Shown piece after piece: positions 37,509 through 53,130 of a stretch of 64,000 nucleotides of DNA; the first letter of the stretch is position 1; each line of letters starts with the position of its first letter. A model generated the notes under the pieces. The model saw nothing but the letters and a program-made list of their open reading frames with translations. It did not search any database and was not told where the DNA came from. Position numbers and translations under genes: made by a program. The DNA is from Octopus vulgaris (lineage: Eukaryota), in the NCBI GenBank assembly GCA_951406725.2, contig OX597837.1, positions 39,680,001 to 39,744,000 of the forward strand, written 5' to 3'.

Positions 37509-38551
37509 ATTATCCAGACTGTCGATATTAAACACAATAGCAATTAGCATATTTGTGATCATACCAGCCGGAACGTGCTTATTATAAATATGCCGATCAT
37601 CATTTTCGATCACGTTGTACACTCTGCACATAACAATTTTATTACCCAATATGCTTTGTTTTAATTATGACGATAGGATGTGATTTGAGGGCGATTAGGT
37701 TGCTACTTCTAACAGATCGAATGACAACTTTGAGACGACGTTATTGCAAAATAAATCTTAAATGTCACTGACTAATCACCTCTAATCAGCAACTAAAAAA
37801 TTTAACAAATGTTGTAAAGTGATTAAAAATCAACAAAGGTTTAAAGTAATTAACAAATGTATAATATTAATGGCCATTAGTTGATTAATGTATTAACAAT
37901 GGTTATTAATTGATTATTAAATGAATCGACAATAATTATTCGTTGATTAGCAAATGTATTGATAATGGTTAATCAATAATTATAACATGTATAAGTAATT
38001 GTTATTAAGAATTTATGAAATGTATTAATAATGTTAATTAATTGAGTATTAAATGAATCAGAATAGTTATTTATCAATTGGCAACAATATTGATTATGGT
38101 TATTCAGTAATTATTAAATGTATTAGTAATTGTTATTAAGTAATTATTAAACGTTTTAATTATGGGTATTCACTAATTAGCAAATATATTGTTGCTGTTC
38201 GTTACTTCTCGAGCCATTCCTGGCTCATAAGGGCCGGTTTCCTGGTTTCATTGGCGTATAGGTTTCCCACCTGGACGGGACACCGGTCCGTCACAGGTGA
38301 GATGCAGGAGGAAAAAGTGAGAGAAAGTTGTGGCGAAAGAGTCAGCAGAAGTTTCGCCATTACCTTCCGCCGGAGCCGCGTGGAGCTTAGGTGTTTCGCT
38401 CATAGACACACACACACACACACCGTCTGAGATTCGAACCTGCGATCCCTGGAACGTGAGTCCGCTGCTCTGGCCACTAAGCCATGTGTCTCCACAGCAA
38501 ATATAACATTAACTAATATTCAGTGTTTATGAGATGTATTGGTTACAAAGT

Positions 38552-38930
38552 GGAAGCGAAATGGCCCAGTGGTTAGAGCAGCGGACACGCGGTCGGAGGT
38601 CGCGGTTTCGATTCCCAGACCGGGCGTTGTGAGTGTTTATTGAGCGAAAACACCTGAAGCTCCCCGAGGCTCCAGCAGGGGGTGGTAGCGAACCCTGCTG
38701 TACTCTTTCACCACATCATTTTCTCACTCTTTCTTCCTGTTTCTGTTGTACCTGAATTTCAAAGGGGTCAGCCTTGTCACACACTGTGTCACGCTGAATC
38801 TCCCCAAGAACTACATTAAGGGTACACGTGTCTGTGGAGTGCTCAGCCACTTGCACGTTAACTTCACGAGCAAGCTGTTCCGTTGATCGGTTCAACTGGA
38901 ACCCTCGTCGTCGTAACCGACGGCGTACCA
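38552..38930 (+). mobile_element. tRNA-derived SINE family B
   Basis: A-box tggcccagtggttagagc and B-box ggtttcgattccc; copies at 39625-40006 and 44635-45012; related minus-strand copies at 38185-38495 and 42360-42533. Confidence 0.85.
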
Positions 38931-39412
38931 TATATATATAACGCGAAGCAAGACGACATTAAAGCATGTTCTGATGTTATCCAACACCTTTATATAAACG
39001 CCTTCACCTTACACATAATTACTTTATTTCTGATCCTGTTACATGATTATCTGACGATCTGATTAATTGTCAATGGTCTTCAGATCAGTTATTATTGTTG
39101 TGACTACAAAAGGAATCATGATTTATTTAATCTTGGTTTATCTGGCTTCATCATGTTTTATTTGTCTGTTAGGTTTCAATAGCGTGGAGGAGATCTTCAG
39201 GAGTCATCAGATATCCTGTTTATATATGCATGTATAAGATATGCACATGAATGCATTTGCATATATGTATATGTGCATATCTACGCACATATGCCTATAT
39301 ATTGACATACGTGCATGTGTATGCTTATATATCTATCTATCTCTCTCTCTCTATATATATATATACACATATATATATATATGTATATATATATGTGTAT
39401 ATATATATATAC

Positions 39413-39475
<63 letters not shown>

Positions 39476-39511
39476 TACATATACAATTTATATATATATA
39501 TATATAGAGAA

Positions 39512-39542
<31 letters not shown>

Positions 39543-39563
39543 ACATAGTGTTTTTTCTAATAA

Positions 39564-39614
<51 letters not shown>

Positions 39615-39624
39615 GTGTGTGTGT

Positions 39625-40006
39625 GGAGGCGCAGTGGCCCAGTGGTTAAGGTAGTAGACTCGCGGTCGTAGGATCGCGTTTTCGATTCCCAGATTGGGCG
39701 TTGTGTTTATAGAGCGGAAACACCTAAAGCTCCACGAGGCTCCAGCAAGGGGTGGTAGCGAACCCGGCTGTACTCTTCCACCACAACTTTCTCTCACTTT
39801 TTCTTCCTGTTTCTCTTGTACCTTTATTTCTAAAAGGGGCCAGCCTTGTCATATTCTGTGTCACACTGAAATCTCCCTGAGAACTACGTTAAGGGTACAC
39901 ATGTCTGTGGAGTACTCAGCCACTAGCTGCATGTTAATTTCACGAGCAGGCTGTTCCGTTGATCGGATCAACTGGAGCCCTCGTCGTCGTAACCGACGGA
40001 GTGCCA
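39625..40006 (+). mobile_element. tRNA-derived SINE family B
   Basis: Colinear with 38552-38930. Confidence 0.85.
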
Positions 40007-40131
40007 ATATGCATATATGTGTGTGTGGTTGTGTATAGATCTGTGTGTGTATATATATATATATATATACGCATATACGTATATATATATATCTATATCG
40101 GTATATATATGAAAGCTGAAATTTATATACA

Positions 40132-40176
<45 letters not shown>

Positions 40177-40203
40177 TATATATATATATATGTATATATA
40201 TAC

Positions 40204-40235
<32 letters not shown>

Positions 40236-40286
40236 CATGTATGTATGTATATATGTATTGCATATGCATGTATGTGTATAAATGTC

Positions 40287-40344
<58 letters not shown>

Positions 40345-40540
40345 CATGTATGTATGTATATATGTATTGCATATGCATGTATGTGTATAAATGTCAGTGT
40401 GAGACGATGGGATATGTGTGTATGTGCCTATGTACGTTTGTATGCGTTTCTATATTTATCTAACACCCTTCTTCTCTTCTTCTCCCTCTCTCTATCTATA
40501 TGTATATAAATATATATGCATGTATGTATCTGCCTATCTG

Positions 40541-40575
<35 letters not shown>

Positions 40576-41097
40576 TCACATATATATATATACATATATA
40601 TAAACGTATATATATATATATTTAGGTATGTATGTATATATATGTATATATGTATTTATGTATGTATGTATATATACATATATACATACATACATAAATA
40701 TATATATATATATTTGTATATATATATATATTTACATACATATACATTCATGCTTATGTAATGTGTGTCTGTGTGTGTATGTATGTGAGGATGTCTGTGT
40801 GCATGTTTGTGCGCATGCGTATCTGTGTCTCTAAACCTACACACAAGGCATCTGCTGGTGTTTGGTGGTGATTGACCAATCTGAACCGTCAAATGCTGAG
40901 AAATAGAAGAGAGATAAGATTAGAAGATTAAAAGATTAATAACAAGATAGATTTAAGTTGTTGTAGCCATAACTGATTTCAAAGAAGAAGACACATTAAA
41001 TAAGTAATAAGTGTGTGTGTGTATGTGCATATATATATATATATACACATATATATATACGCATAGTTATAAATGCATATGTATAAACGTACATACA

Positions 41098-41175
<78 letters not shown>

Positions 41176-41221
41176 TACATATACATATATATTATATATA
41201 TGTATATATATGTATATATAT

Positions 41222-41284
<63 letters not shown>

Positions 41285-42949
41285 CATACACATATATGTA
41301 TTCATGTTTAGATATATCTATACCTATCTATGTACCCATCCATCAATCCATATAAATATGTGTGTGTATGTGTGTGTTTATGTACACATATGAATATATA
41401 ATATATATATATGTATATATACATACATACATACATATATATATTTATAATTTCTTTATGTATGCGTGTATGCATGCATGTGTGTGTGTGTGTTTGTGTG
41501 TGTTCATATATACACACAAGTTTGTATATAGATCAATCGAGGCTCTAATCATCCGCCGCCCACAAACACAGGAATAACCCAGTCAGCAATGTCTATAGGA
41601 TAATATCGAACCGATTGAAAAAATATTGAACACAGGCCGCATACGACGACTGCAGCGTTGAATTGGGGGGAAATGGCGGTCCGAATGAATAGCGTCCTTC
41701 AAAGGCGGAGGCTCTCACAGACGACAATGGCGACCAAGATTATTAGGAGCTACACCATCTCGTTATAGTATTGCAGATACTAAGGTTGTTGTTGTTGTTG
41801 TTGTTGTTATTGATTTTGTTGTTGTTATTGATGTTGTTGTGTTTTTGTTGCGGTTGTGGTTGTTGCTTTTTCGTTGTGACTCCTGATGTTGTTGTTATTG
41901 TTATTGTTGTTAATGTTATTGTTGTTGCTATTGATATTGTGATCTGTTATTGATGTTGTTATTGCTGTTGTGGCTTGTCTTCTTCTTCCTCCTCCTCCCC
42001 CTCTTCTTCTTTTTCTTCTTCTTCTTCTTCTTCTTCTTCTTCTTCTTCTTCTTCTTCTTCTTCTTCTTCTTCTTCCAGTCAGGACTCACGCCATTAGCCA
42101 CAAAGAATAATCTCTAATTCGAGCCTACTCTAAGCTACTAAGAAAGCGTGTGGCAACTTGAAGATCCACCCACCACACGTGATAGACTGGCGGTTGCACG
42201 GGCGCGAAAGCTACGTTGTTATCCTTATTCCGTAAACGGTAGCTTTTTAACGAGTGGAGAGCTGAACCATCTTGGAGTACAGAGGATTCACAATCTAGAC
42301 TAGGGTCTGAAAGTTTACCACACCATAGTGGGTTACACCATGGTTCCTCTGTTTTGTGGCAGAAGTAGGAAGAAAGAATGAGAGAAAGTTGTGGTGATAG
42401 AGTACAGCGGGGTTCGCCACCCCTCCCTGTCGGAGCTTCGTGGTGCTCAGATGTTTTTGCTCAATAAACACTCACAATGCCCGGACTGGGAATCGAAACC
42501 GCTGCCCTAACCATTGGGTTATTGCGCCTCCACAGTTGTTGTTGTTGTTGCTCCTACGGTTGCGGCTGCCTGGCTTGAGGCAACATGGCTCAATTGACTA
42601 CTTCAATTAAGATATCCATAAATATTCACAAAACCCGAGGGAGATTTGGCTGCTATTTTTAGTACATCAAACGACGGCCTAAATGCATCCCCGCAAATTT
42701 GTATCGGAATCGTCGATGTTGTCATTGTTATTGTCATTTTATTGTTTACCCCTAGGTTAGTCCCGATTAAGATAACCTTTGATCGAAGCGGTTCCCTCAC
42801 GACTACTTTCATCTTTTCAAATATTGGATCTATGCTAGGCCACGTTGTATAATGTATGTGTATACACACGCATGCGCACACTCACACACTGAAGCTCGCC
42901 CACGCGCGCACACACACAAAGACACATATATACATTAATAAATCTATCC

Positions 42950-43041
<92 letters not shown>

Positions 43042-43248
43042 CATGTATCTATAATGTATCTATGCACACGCACATATACATACATACATACATACATACA
43101 TACATACATACATACACGCATATACACAGTGGAACTGAACCCGGGAACATGTGGTTAGGAAGCAAGCTTCTTACCACACAGTCACGCCTGGGCCTTGAAT
43201 ATTAGCATATATATATATATATATATATATAGGACCTATTCTATATAT

Positions 43249-43315
<67 letters not shown>

Positions 43316-43882
43316 TTTATAACTCGTAAGTAGCGCTGAAAGATCGAAAAGATGGCCTCCAAGTGAGTCACTATCTACATTGCAAAATAAGTTTACGAGC
43401 TGCAGATGTTTATCTGATACATCACGGCGGTCAGGTCATACTTCACTTGATCTCTTCGTAATACTTTCACACAACATATCAATAATATCATTACGCAGAG
43501 ACAGTACAGTTTTGTTACTGACTCTCAGATCGCAAAGATATCCTTCTGTTTGTTCGCTGAATGGACTAGAATTAACTTTAATCCTAAGAAATGAAGATTG
43601 ATTATCAACAGCTAAACGTATTTGATAGATATTACAATGTATGTATTTTCCACCGATGTGTTTATTTTCCAGTATTCGGTCGGAGCTCGGCGAAACAACG
43701 TATCTTAATAATATATTAGGCAGGCAATTTTCTGTGTGTTTGGTATAAACGAATTTAGGGGAAAAAAAGCATTATTTCATTATTTCGCTATTTACATGAA
43801 TGTGATATAGATACATACACCACACGCACACAAACATCTTTATAAAGCATATATAATATACATACGTACATATATACATACC

Positions 43883-43970
<88 letters not shown>

Positions 43971-43986
43971 GTATATATATATTATT

Positions 43987-44110
<124 letters not shown>

Positions 44111-44277
44111 TTTATTCTTTTACTTGTTTCAGTCAGTTGACTGCGCCATGCTGGAGCACTGCTTTTAGTCGAGCAAATCGATCCCAGGCTTATTCTTTAT
44201 AACCCTAGTACTTATTCTGTCGGTCGCTTTGTCGAACCGCTAAGTTACGGGGACGTAAACTCACCAGCGTCCGTTGT

Positions 44278-44577
44278 CACCCTCCATATTCACCAGCTAT
44301 TGCGCCTTCGGATTTCCACTTATTCAGGTCTTTGCAGAATAGTATTAATGGTAAAAATTGCAATTCCTTGGATGACGTAAAAATATACCTTGATGAATTC
44401 TTTGCCATGAAACCACCTCAATTCTGGGAAGAGGGTATTTTCATGTTAAAGGAAAGATGGAGACGCATTGTGCAACAAAATGGTTCATATTTGGTTGATT
44501 AAAAATGTAATGGCAAGTATTTATTGACCTTTTTCTTTCCTTTAAAAATCGGCAAGAACTTTCCGGACAGCCCAATA
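44278..44577 (+). mobile_element. mariner transposase C-terminal fragment plus right end
   Basis: HPPYSPAIAPSDFHLFRSLQNS..FWEEGIFMLKERWRRIVQQNGSYLVD* (YSPDLAPSD-type motif), stop at 44500-44502, then TIR-like aactttccggacagcccaa-TA. Confidence 0.9.
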
Positions 44578-44634
44578 TTTACATTGACTCTTTTATCGTC
44601 AACAATATAACCATTGTGTCTTACCTTCGAAGTT

Positions 44635-45012
44635 GGGGTGCAATGGCCCAGTGGTTAGGGCAGCGGAGTCGTAGTCATGGGATCGTGGTTTCGATTCCCA
44701 GACCGGGCGTTGCGAGAGTTTATTGAGCGAAAACACCTAAACGCTCCACGATATTCCGGGGATGGGGGATGGTGACGAACCCTGCTCTACTCCATCACCA
44801 CAACTTTCTCTCACTCTTTATTCCTGTTTCTGTTGTACCTATATTTCAAAGGGTGGGGGGCTTGTCACACACTGTATAACTCCGAGAACTATGCTAAGGG
44901 GTACACGTGTCTGCGGAGTGCTCAACCACTTGCACGTTAATTTCACGAGCAGCAGGCCGTTCCGTTGATCGGACCAACTGGAACCCTCGTCGTCGCAACC
45001 GACGGAGTGCCA
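44635..45012 (+). mobile_element. tRNA-derived SINE family B
   Basis: Colinear with 38552-38930. Confidence 0.85.
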
Positions 45013-45461
45013 TGACCTCCGAAACAGATCTTCTTTACATTTCGAAACAACTTCACCAAAAATTAATTCAGCTTCTCAAATCTGGATTTTCATTGGATAA
45101 TTCTTTCGAGTAAATTAATATGTTTTCTTCCACATAATTAGTATATTCTCTTCCATATAATTAAGATTGCTAAATCCAGTGAAATTATATTAGTTGACGA
45201 TAGGTTTTCTAGTGTTTAATATACGAGTGTTTTTGTTGTTGTTTTTTTTTTTGCCAAGCAATTATTGCGTTCAGGATTAGTTTACGTAATCTCAAGCCGT
45301 TGTTGTGCTTGTGTTTATAGGATTTGAGGACCCTTGAGAATTGCTGACGTAAATATTGGATCTGGAATGCGTTCAGGTTTGTTTTAATGCAGATGGGTTT
45401 TTGATGCATCATCGGTTGTCTGTTGTTGCAGCGATAAGTATAAGCAGGGGAAAAAATAGGA

Positions 45462-45501
<40 letters not shown>

Positions 45502-45569
45502 CGGGAAGAGGAGAGAAGGGAAAGAGAGGGATATGTTGGAGAGGTGAAGTGAAACCAATAGCAACAGCA

Positions 45570-45582
45570 ATAATGATAATAC

Positions 45583-45616
<34 letters not shown>

Positions 45617-45727
45617 AATGATAATAATAATAATAATAATAATAGTAATGATACTAATAATGATAATAATATTAATAATGATAATAATAATGATAATAAT
45701 AATAGTAACAACAACAACATCAACAAC

Positions 45728-45774
<47 letters not shown>

Positions 45775-45790
45775 TAATAATGATGATGAA

Positions 45791-45837
<47 letters not shown>

Positions 45838-45859
45838 TGATGATGATGATGATAATAAA

Positions 45860-45926
<67 letters not shown>

Positions 45927-45955
45927 GTAATAACAATAATGATAACAACAACAAC

Positions 45956-46005
<50 letters not shown>

Positions 46006-46040
46006 TGATGATGATGATAATAATATTAATAGTAATAATA
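45570..46040. repeat. (TAA)n/(TGA)n microsatellite
   Basis: Directly visible. Confidence 0.95.
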
Positions 46041-46041
46041 A

Positions 46042-46945
46042 AGAGCTAAAAACAAAGGCAGAGAGCGAAGGCTTTATACTGGTTGATCAAGATCGGAGCT
46101 TATTGACCCGGAACAATCAAGCCAATGGGATGAAAAATGGAGAAGACCCAAAGTGCCGATACTGCAACGATGGGATTGAAACAGTGGACCACCTAATCTC
46201 TCTGGGTGTAAGGTTTTAGCACCTGTAGAGTATAAATCAAGACAGGGCAGAGTTGGCCAATATCTACACTGGATAATATGTCGACATTACAAAATCAAAA
46301 CTGCTGACGAATGGTCCAATCACCACCCTGAGGTTGTAACTGAGGTAGAAAATGTAACGATTCTTTGGGACTTTTCAGTACACACAGACCAGACTGTCAA
46401 AGCTAATAAACCAGATATTGTTGTGAAAGACCAGAACAATAAAATCTGTTTATTGATTGACATGAGCGTAGCTTGTGACGATAATATCTCGGCAAAAGAA
46501 TTTGATAAGCTCAGTAAAATATAAAGATTTGCTAATCGAAATCGAAAAGATGTGGCATCTCAAGACGGTTATAATATCAGTGATTGTAGAAGCACTTGGA
46601 ATGATAAAAAAAGGAGCTGAAAATTATTTGGGGATGATCCCTGGCTTACCACCAATGCAGGAAGTGTAAAAAATTGTCTTAACTGGTATGACACACGTAC
46701 TGAGGAAAACGTTGTCTTGGTGAATTTTCTTTCCTTTTCCACCCCCTTATTTTCTTTGTTTACTTTTTTCCATTCTTTGTTTTTTCTTTTTCTCTCTGTC
46801 TTTCTACCCTTTTTCTCTATCACGTGACTTTGTAAATGGACAATCTGGTGCGTATATTTTAATGGCCTACCAATGTATATAGTGAGTTTCCCTGCCACAG
46901 GTGTCAGGAAGACACTCGGCAAGAAATGGAAACAGAATTGAAAGA
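46042..46945 (+). mobile_element. R4/Dong-like non-LTR retrotransposon 3' fragment (CCHC finger plus restriction-like endonuclease), decayed
   Basis: PKCRYCNDGIETVDHLIS/GC, ILWDFSVHTD..ANKPDIVV..CLLIDMSV..KLSKYKDL..EIEKMW..ALGMIKK; frameshifts and a stop; flanked by TAA repeats. Confidence 0.88.
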
Positions 46946-47119
46946 AGAAGAAGAAGAAGATGATGATGATGATGATGATGATAATAATAATAGTAGTAAT
47001 AATAATAATAATAATAATATTAATAATGAATCCGATGTTAATAATACTGATATTGATAGTAATATTATGAATAATGATAATAATCCTTTCTACTGGAGGC
47101 ACAAGGTCTAAAACTTGTG

Positions 47120-47470
47120 GAGTGGGGACTTGTCGATTACATCAACCCCAGTGTTTCTCTGATATTTAATTTATCGACTCCGAAAGGATGAAAGGCAAAG
47201 TCGACGGAATTTGAACTCAGAACGTAACGGCTGACGAAATACCTATTTCTTTACTACCCACAAGGGGCTAACCACAGAGAGGACAAACAAGGACAGACAA
47301 ACAGATTAAGCCGATTATATCGACCCCAGTGCGTAACTGGTACTTAATTTATCAGCCCCGAAAGGATGAAAAGCAAAACTGGGCATCGGCAATATTTGAA
47401 CTCAAAACGTAAAGACAGATGAGATGCCACTAACCTTTTTGTCCGCTGTGCTAACGATTCTGCCAGTTCC
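47120..47470 (-). repeat. SINE family C dimer
   Basis: Same gaaatacctatttc junction as at 23530-24100. Confidence 0.8.
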
Positions 47471-47519
47471 GTTTGCTAACACTTGTTAACGATTCTACTA
47501 GTTCACCGTCCCCAATAAG

Positions 47520-47562
<43 letters not shown>

Positions 47563-47696
47563 TGTATATATATATATATATATACACGCACACACACACA
47601 CACATATATATATATATAACATACATACACGCATACAGACACACAGTCACACGCACACACTCATACACATGTGTATAAAAAATTACATATATATAC

Positions 47697-47776
<80 letters not shown>

Positions 47777-47943
47777 TATATATGTATGTATATAGATATA
47801 AATATATATATCTATATCTATGTATGTATATATACACATAGGTAAGTTTAATGTATGTATACTTATTTCTTTATCTATATCGGTCTGTCTCTCTCTTTCT
47901 ATGTATGAATGTATGTGTGTGTGTGTGTGAGTGTTTTTGTGTG

Positions 47944-47991
<48 letters not shown>

Positions 47992-48119
47992 CTACATACA
48001 TTTAAACACGAAACAAACAAAAACAAAAGATAAAAGCTGAAAGTCTATAAAACATAGATAAATGCAAGGAACAACAACAACAACAACAGCAGCAACAACA
48101 TTACTACTACTACTACTAT

Positions 48120-48160
<41 letters not shown>

Positions 48161-48243
48161 ATAATAATAATAATAATAGTAATAATAATATCAATAATAA
48201 TAATAATTATTATAACAATACTACTACTACTACTACTACTACT

Positions 48244-48276
<33 letters not shown>

Positions 48277-48285
48277 AATAATAAT

Positions 48286-48327
<42 letters not shown>

Positions 48328-48657
48328 GAAAAAAAAAATAATAATAAGATATAAGAATAATAAATCAATAGCGTCAATGATAATATTGTGACGTAAGCCA
48401 ATTTGGTTGAACCGAAAATTTAGCATAAATAAATAAGAACCTTCGAAATGTATTTATTTAATTCTTGTAATCCATAACATCGCTGTAATAGATGTTGTTT
48501 TGTCAAAGAGAAGAACTTGTTGTTTCGCTCTCTCGTTCGCTCTCCTTGTCTTGCTTTGTCTGCCCCACCCCCTCTTCTTATCTCTCTTCTTCCAATACCT
48601 CTCCCCTCTTTTTTTACTCTACTGACGTCTATCAAAACATAGAGACGGATATGTACG

Positions 48658-48691
<34 letters not shown>

Positions 48692-48819
48692 TGTATGTAT
48701 GTATGTATGTATGTATGTATGTATGTGTGTGTGTGTGTGTGTGTGTGTATGTTTGTGATCTCTGAGGGTTATATATATATATATGTATATATACACACAC
48801 ACACATATATATAAATATG

Positions 48820-48853
<34 letters not shown>

Positions 48854-48947
48854 TTGTGTTCTGTTAGGGTTATATACATATATACATATATATATATATA
48901 TATGTATGTATATATATATATGTATATATATGTATATGTATATAAAC

Positions 48948-49002
<55 letters not shown>

Positions 49003-49170
49003 TAGATAGATAGATAGATAGATATGCATACATATAACAGATATACACATACACTCACACACACACATATATATATATTATTACATTTATATTAATATTA
49101 ATGATCAGTTCAACGTTTATAGAATTATGCCTGCTTGTCGTGTGGTGTGTATATATATGAGTGTCTACGT

Positions 49171-49252
<82 letters not shown>

Positions 49253-49410
49253 CTGTGTTTGTGTTTCTGTATATTATATGGCTTAGTAATATACAAAAAA
49301 GATAGAGAAAGCAGAGGTTAGTGTAAGTACAAGCAAGGTTCATTAGTTTGACGCTCAAGAAAAATAGCTGAAGTCTTTGACGTTTCGAGCCTACAGTCTT
49401 CTACAGAAAG

Positions 49411-49504
<94 letters not shown>

Positions 49505-49521
49505 ATATATATATATATATG

Positions 49522-49856
49522 CTGAGACCCCCTTCGGTCATGACTGACCATGAGATCGCACCTAGAAAGTTACCTTACCAGGCACAAGTCCGGGCAATGA
49601 TGTTTATGGAAGACCAGCAGTCGCCCATGCATACCAGCCTCCCCTCTCCACGCCACCAGTGTTATCCAAGGGAAAGGCAAAGGGGCCGATACAGCTTGGC
49701 ACCAGTGACGTCGCAACTCATTTCTACAGCTGAGTGAACTGGAGCAACGTGAAATAAAGTGTCTTGCTCAAGAACACAACCCACAGCCCGGTCCGGGATT
49801 CGAAATCACAACCTCACGATCTTAAGCTCGACGCTTTAACCACTGAGCCATGCGCT
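49522..49856 (-). mobile_element. tRNA-derived SINE family E
   Basis: Reverse complement of 59925-60260; same head at 31900-32212, 32983-33210 and 19190-19385. Confidence 0.8.
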
Positions 49857-50211
49857 TTCACACACACACACACACACACGCACACACACACACATGTATC
49901 ATAAACGCAGCCGTGGGTGTCTGGTAAAAAGTTTACTTCGCCACCTGGATTTGGCAGACGGAACCTGAGAGAAATAATTCCTTTGTTTCAAATTATATCT
50001 TCGGTGAGTTAACTTGGGATTCCTTAAAAACAATGTTGCCTGCATATAATTACGGTTTTCGTGGCCTGATGATTAGCTAAGTTGAGTAACCCTTGTTGAG
50101 TAATTATTACATCTGACGATCTGCAAGTCTGCTTGCTAAGAAATATATGCAACTCGGATTTTACCTGTTCCAGTCCCTCAACTTGGATATATATATATAT
50201 ATATATATATA

Positions 50212-50566
50212 CTAGCAGTATCGCCTGGCGTTGCTCGGATTTGTAAGGGAAATAACTATATAATCATTTTTAGAGAGTTATAGCAAAAAAATGCATCAAA
50301 AATGGAAATTTTTTTTAAATCGTTGACTCATCGTAGACATTTTTATATAATAGTGAAAAAATGCATTAAAATGGAAAAAAAATTATGGTAAATTTTTTTT
50401 AAAATCGTAGACTCATCGTTAACGTGCGCTAATACCCAGAAGGGCTCGATATGAATCACGACTATAAGATACCCGGTTTTGGTTAAACTGCACCGCAAAA
50501 TGTGGGAGTAGTTAGGAATCTAAATCGTAGGAGACAGACACACAACTTGACTTTTATATATAAAGA
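50212..50566 (-). mobile_element. Non-autonomous Helitron
   Basis: 5' TC, 3' GC-rich hairpin plus CTAG, inserted between A and T; second copy at 56796-57188. Confidence 0.8.
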
Positions 50567-50839
50567 TATATATGTATATGTATGTATATATAACAGGTAG
50601 AGATGATAATAAACAAACGTAACGGTGGAAGCTATGCTACTATAGGTCGCGAGTTTGGTGTTACTGAATCTACCATTCAGTCCAGTACGATGGCGCCTCA
50701 TTCTAACAAATGACACAGAGAAGTATATTCTCTACAGGAAAGAGAAGAAAATATGTAACAATGGAAGCTATGCTGCTGCGGGCAACGCGTTTGGTGACAA
50801 TGAATTTACCATTCCTTCCGTTCACGAAAAGCGTGCAGA

Positions 50840-50946
50840 TGATTCATTAGTCACTGATTCAGTTATCACTGATTCAGTTATCACTGATTCAATTATCACT
50901 GATTCAGTTATCACTGATTCAATTATCACTGATTCAAATATCACTG
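50840..50946. repeat. 15-bp minisatellite (ATCACTGATTCARTT) x ~7
   Basis: Directly visible. Confidence 0.9.
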
Positions 50947-51328
50947 TATTTTTTGAAATCCAAACGCCATAATAAATGAGGGTACATGTACTATTATGTT
51001 TTATTTTACTATTTCTGTTCGACTTATTTTCCTAATTTCACTAAATGTAAATTTTAGGATGCTACTGTTCAATGAATATACTGTATAATATATTTACAAT
51101 AGTATAAAGAAAGTAGAGCAAACATTTCACGTATGATTTATAATTTGATTTTTCTCTACAGCTGTTTCAATATAGCAAAATCATCATCGTTTATATAATT
51201 ACGTAATTAATAACCAAATCAATTCATGAAAATGCATTGAAGTTTAACAGCATGTTAATAATTGAGCTCCTAGATACTGTTGATATATTTTGCAATGTTT
51301 ATACATCAATTCTATATATAATAGTGTA

Positions 51329-51698
51329 GGTGCAGGAGTGGCTGTGTGGTAAGTAGCTTTCTTACCAACCACGTTGTTCTGCATGGCACCTTGGGCAAGT
51401 GTCTTCTACTATAGCCTCGGGCCGTCCAAAGCCTTGTGAGTGGATTTGGTAGATGGAAGCTGAAAGAAGCCCGTCGTATACATGTACGTGTGTGTATATG
51501 TTTGTGCGTCTGTGCTTGACAACCGATGCTGGTGTGTTTACGTCCCCGTAATTTAGCGGTTCAGCAAAAGAGACCGATAGAATAAGTACTAGGCTTACAA
51601 AGAATAAGTCCTGGGTTCGATTTGCTCGACTAAAGGCGGTGCTCCAGCATGGCCACAGTTAAATGACTGAAACAAGTAAAAGAGTAAAGAGTAAAGAG
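51329..51698 (+). mobile_element. SINE family A with a 12-bp target-site duplication
   Basis: TATAATAGTGTA at 51317-51328 and 51699-51710. Confidence 0.9.
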
Positions 51699-52221
51699 TA
51701 TAATAGTGTATGATATATATAAAGCCGTTAATGTTATATGATAAATTGCATTTATCTTTTGTGCGTATGTATACAATATTTCCCTTATCATTTATATGTC
51801 AGGTCAAATAAGGATGACGAAAAGGAGATTTTGTTGTCTGGTGTGACTATTTGAAGATTAATATCTTATACAGATTAACCTGATTGATTTCAGACGATAT
51901 GCTTCCTCAATATCTAGGTGTATTGGGGATCTAAAAGAATGTGTCATTTAAGTCTTTAGAACATCCACTGTAATGGCTGAATATCTACCTAAAAAGGGTT
52001 ATTAATAATTTTGTTAGTCAAAATTATAAATTTTACTTTTTTAATAATTTTCTTGTTATAGAAAATTATCACTTTCAAAATAAGGTAAGTGCTTCGTAAG
52101 GAAAATTCTTTGTAAAAATATGTTAAAATTTAAAAATTTGCAAGAAATTAAATATAAAATATTTTTGCATATCTAGTTTTAAACTTTAAAGCACATACAC
52201 ACGCACACACACATGTTTGCG

Positions 52222-52279
<58 letters not shown>

Positions 52280-52301
52280 AAAAAATATATATGTATGTAT
52301 A

Positions 52302-52400
<99 letters not shown>

Positions 52401-52557
52401 ATATATATATGTATAAGCATATATGTATATATATATATGTATAAGCATATATGTATATATATTATATATATAAGCATATGTACTATACATATGTCTAAAT
52501 ATGTATGTATGCATACATATGTATTTACGTATGTATATATACATATATATATATATG

Positions 52558-52614
<57 letters not shown>

Positions 52615-53064
52615 GATAACTATATACATACATAAATAAGCACACACATAGCTTTTACGTTCGAAATGCGTCACTAATTACGTGCTTAAATAATGAAAAA
52701 TGCATTTTAATGTTCTTATAAGAAATCCACGTTAATGTCTGAGTGCTTTTGAAAAATGCATCATCCATAATATTGTTAAAGGCAAATATAATAAGTGTAA
52801 CGACGTCAGCAAAGGAAGCTTTCTATAATTTCCCGTTTTCTGGAAATTTCCAAATTTTAAAACGTATTTTGTTTCCGAAAAATACTTTCCGTACAAAGTG
52901 CTCCAGTCCTCATCAGCATCGGCGTCATCGTCGTCGTTCTCTTCTCATCCTCATCATGATCATGATCGTCATTATTACCATCACCATCGTTATTGTCATC
53001 TTCATCGTCGTCATCATCGTCGTCGTCGTCATCATCATCATCATCATCCTCATCATCCTCATCC

Positions 53065-53130
<66 letters not shown>

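Noticed and set aside
38552-38625. tRNA-like sequences (also 39625, 44635, 49790, 59925, 31900)
   Set aside because: They are SINE heads continuing into shared SINE bodies, without an intact cloverleaf or terminator
51150-51200. Minus-strand GAAACAGCTGTA hammerhead half-site
   Set aside because: No matching stem I or intact CUGANGA core could be placed
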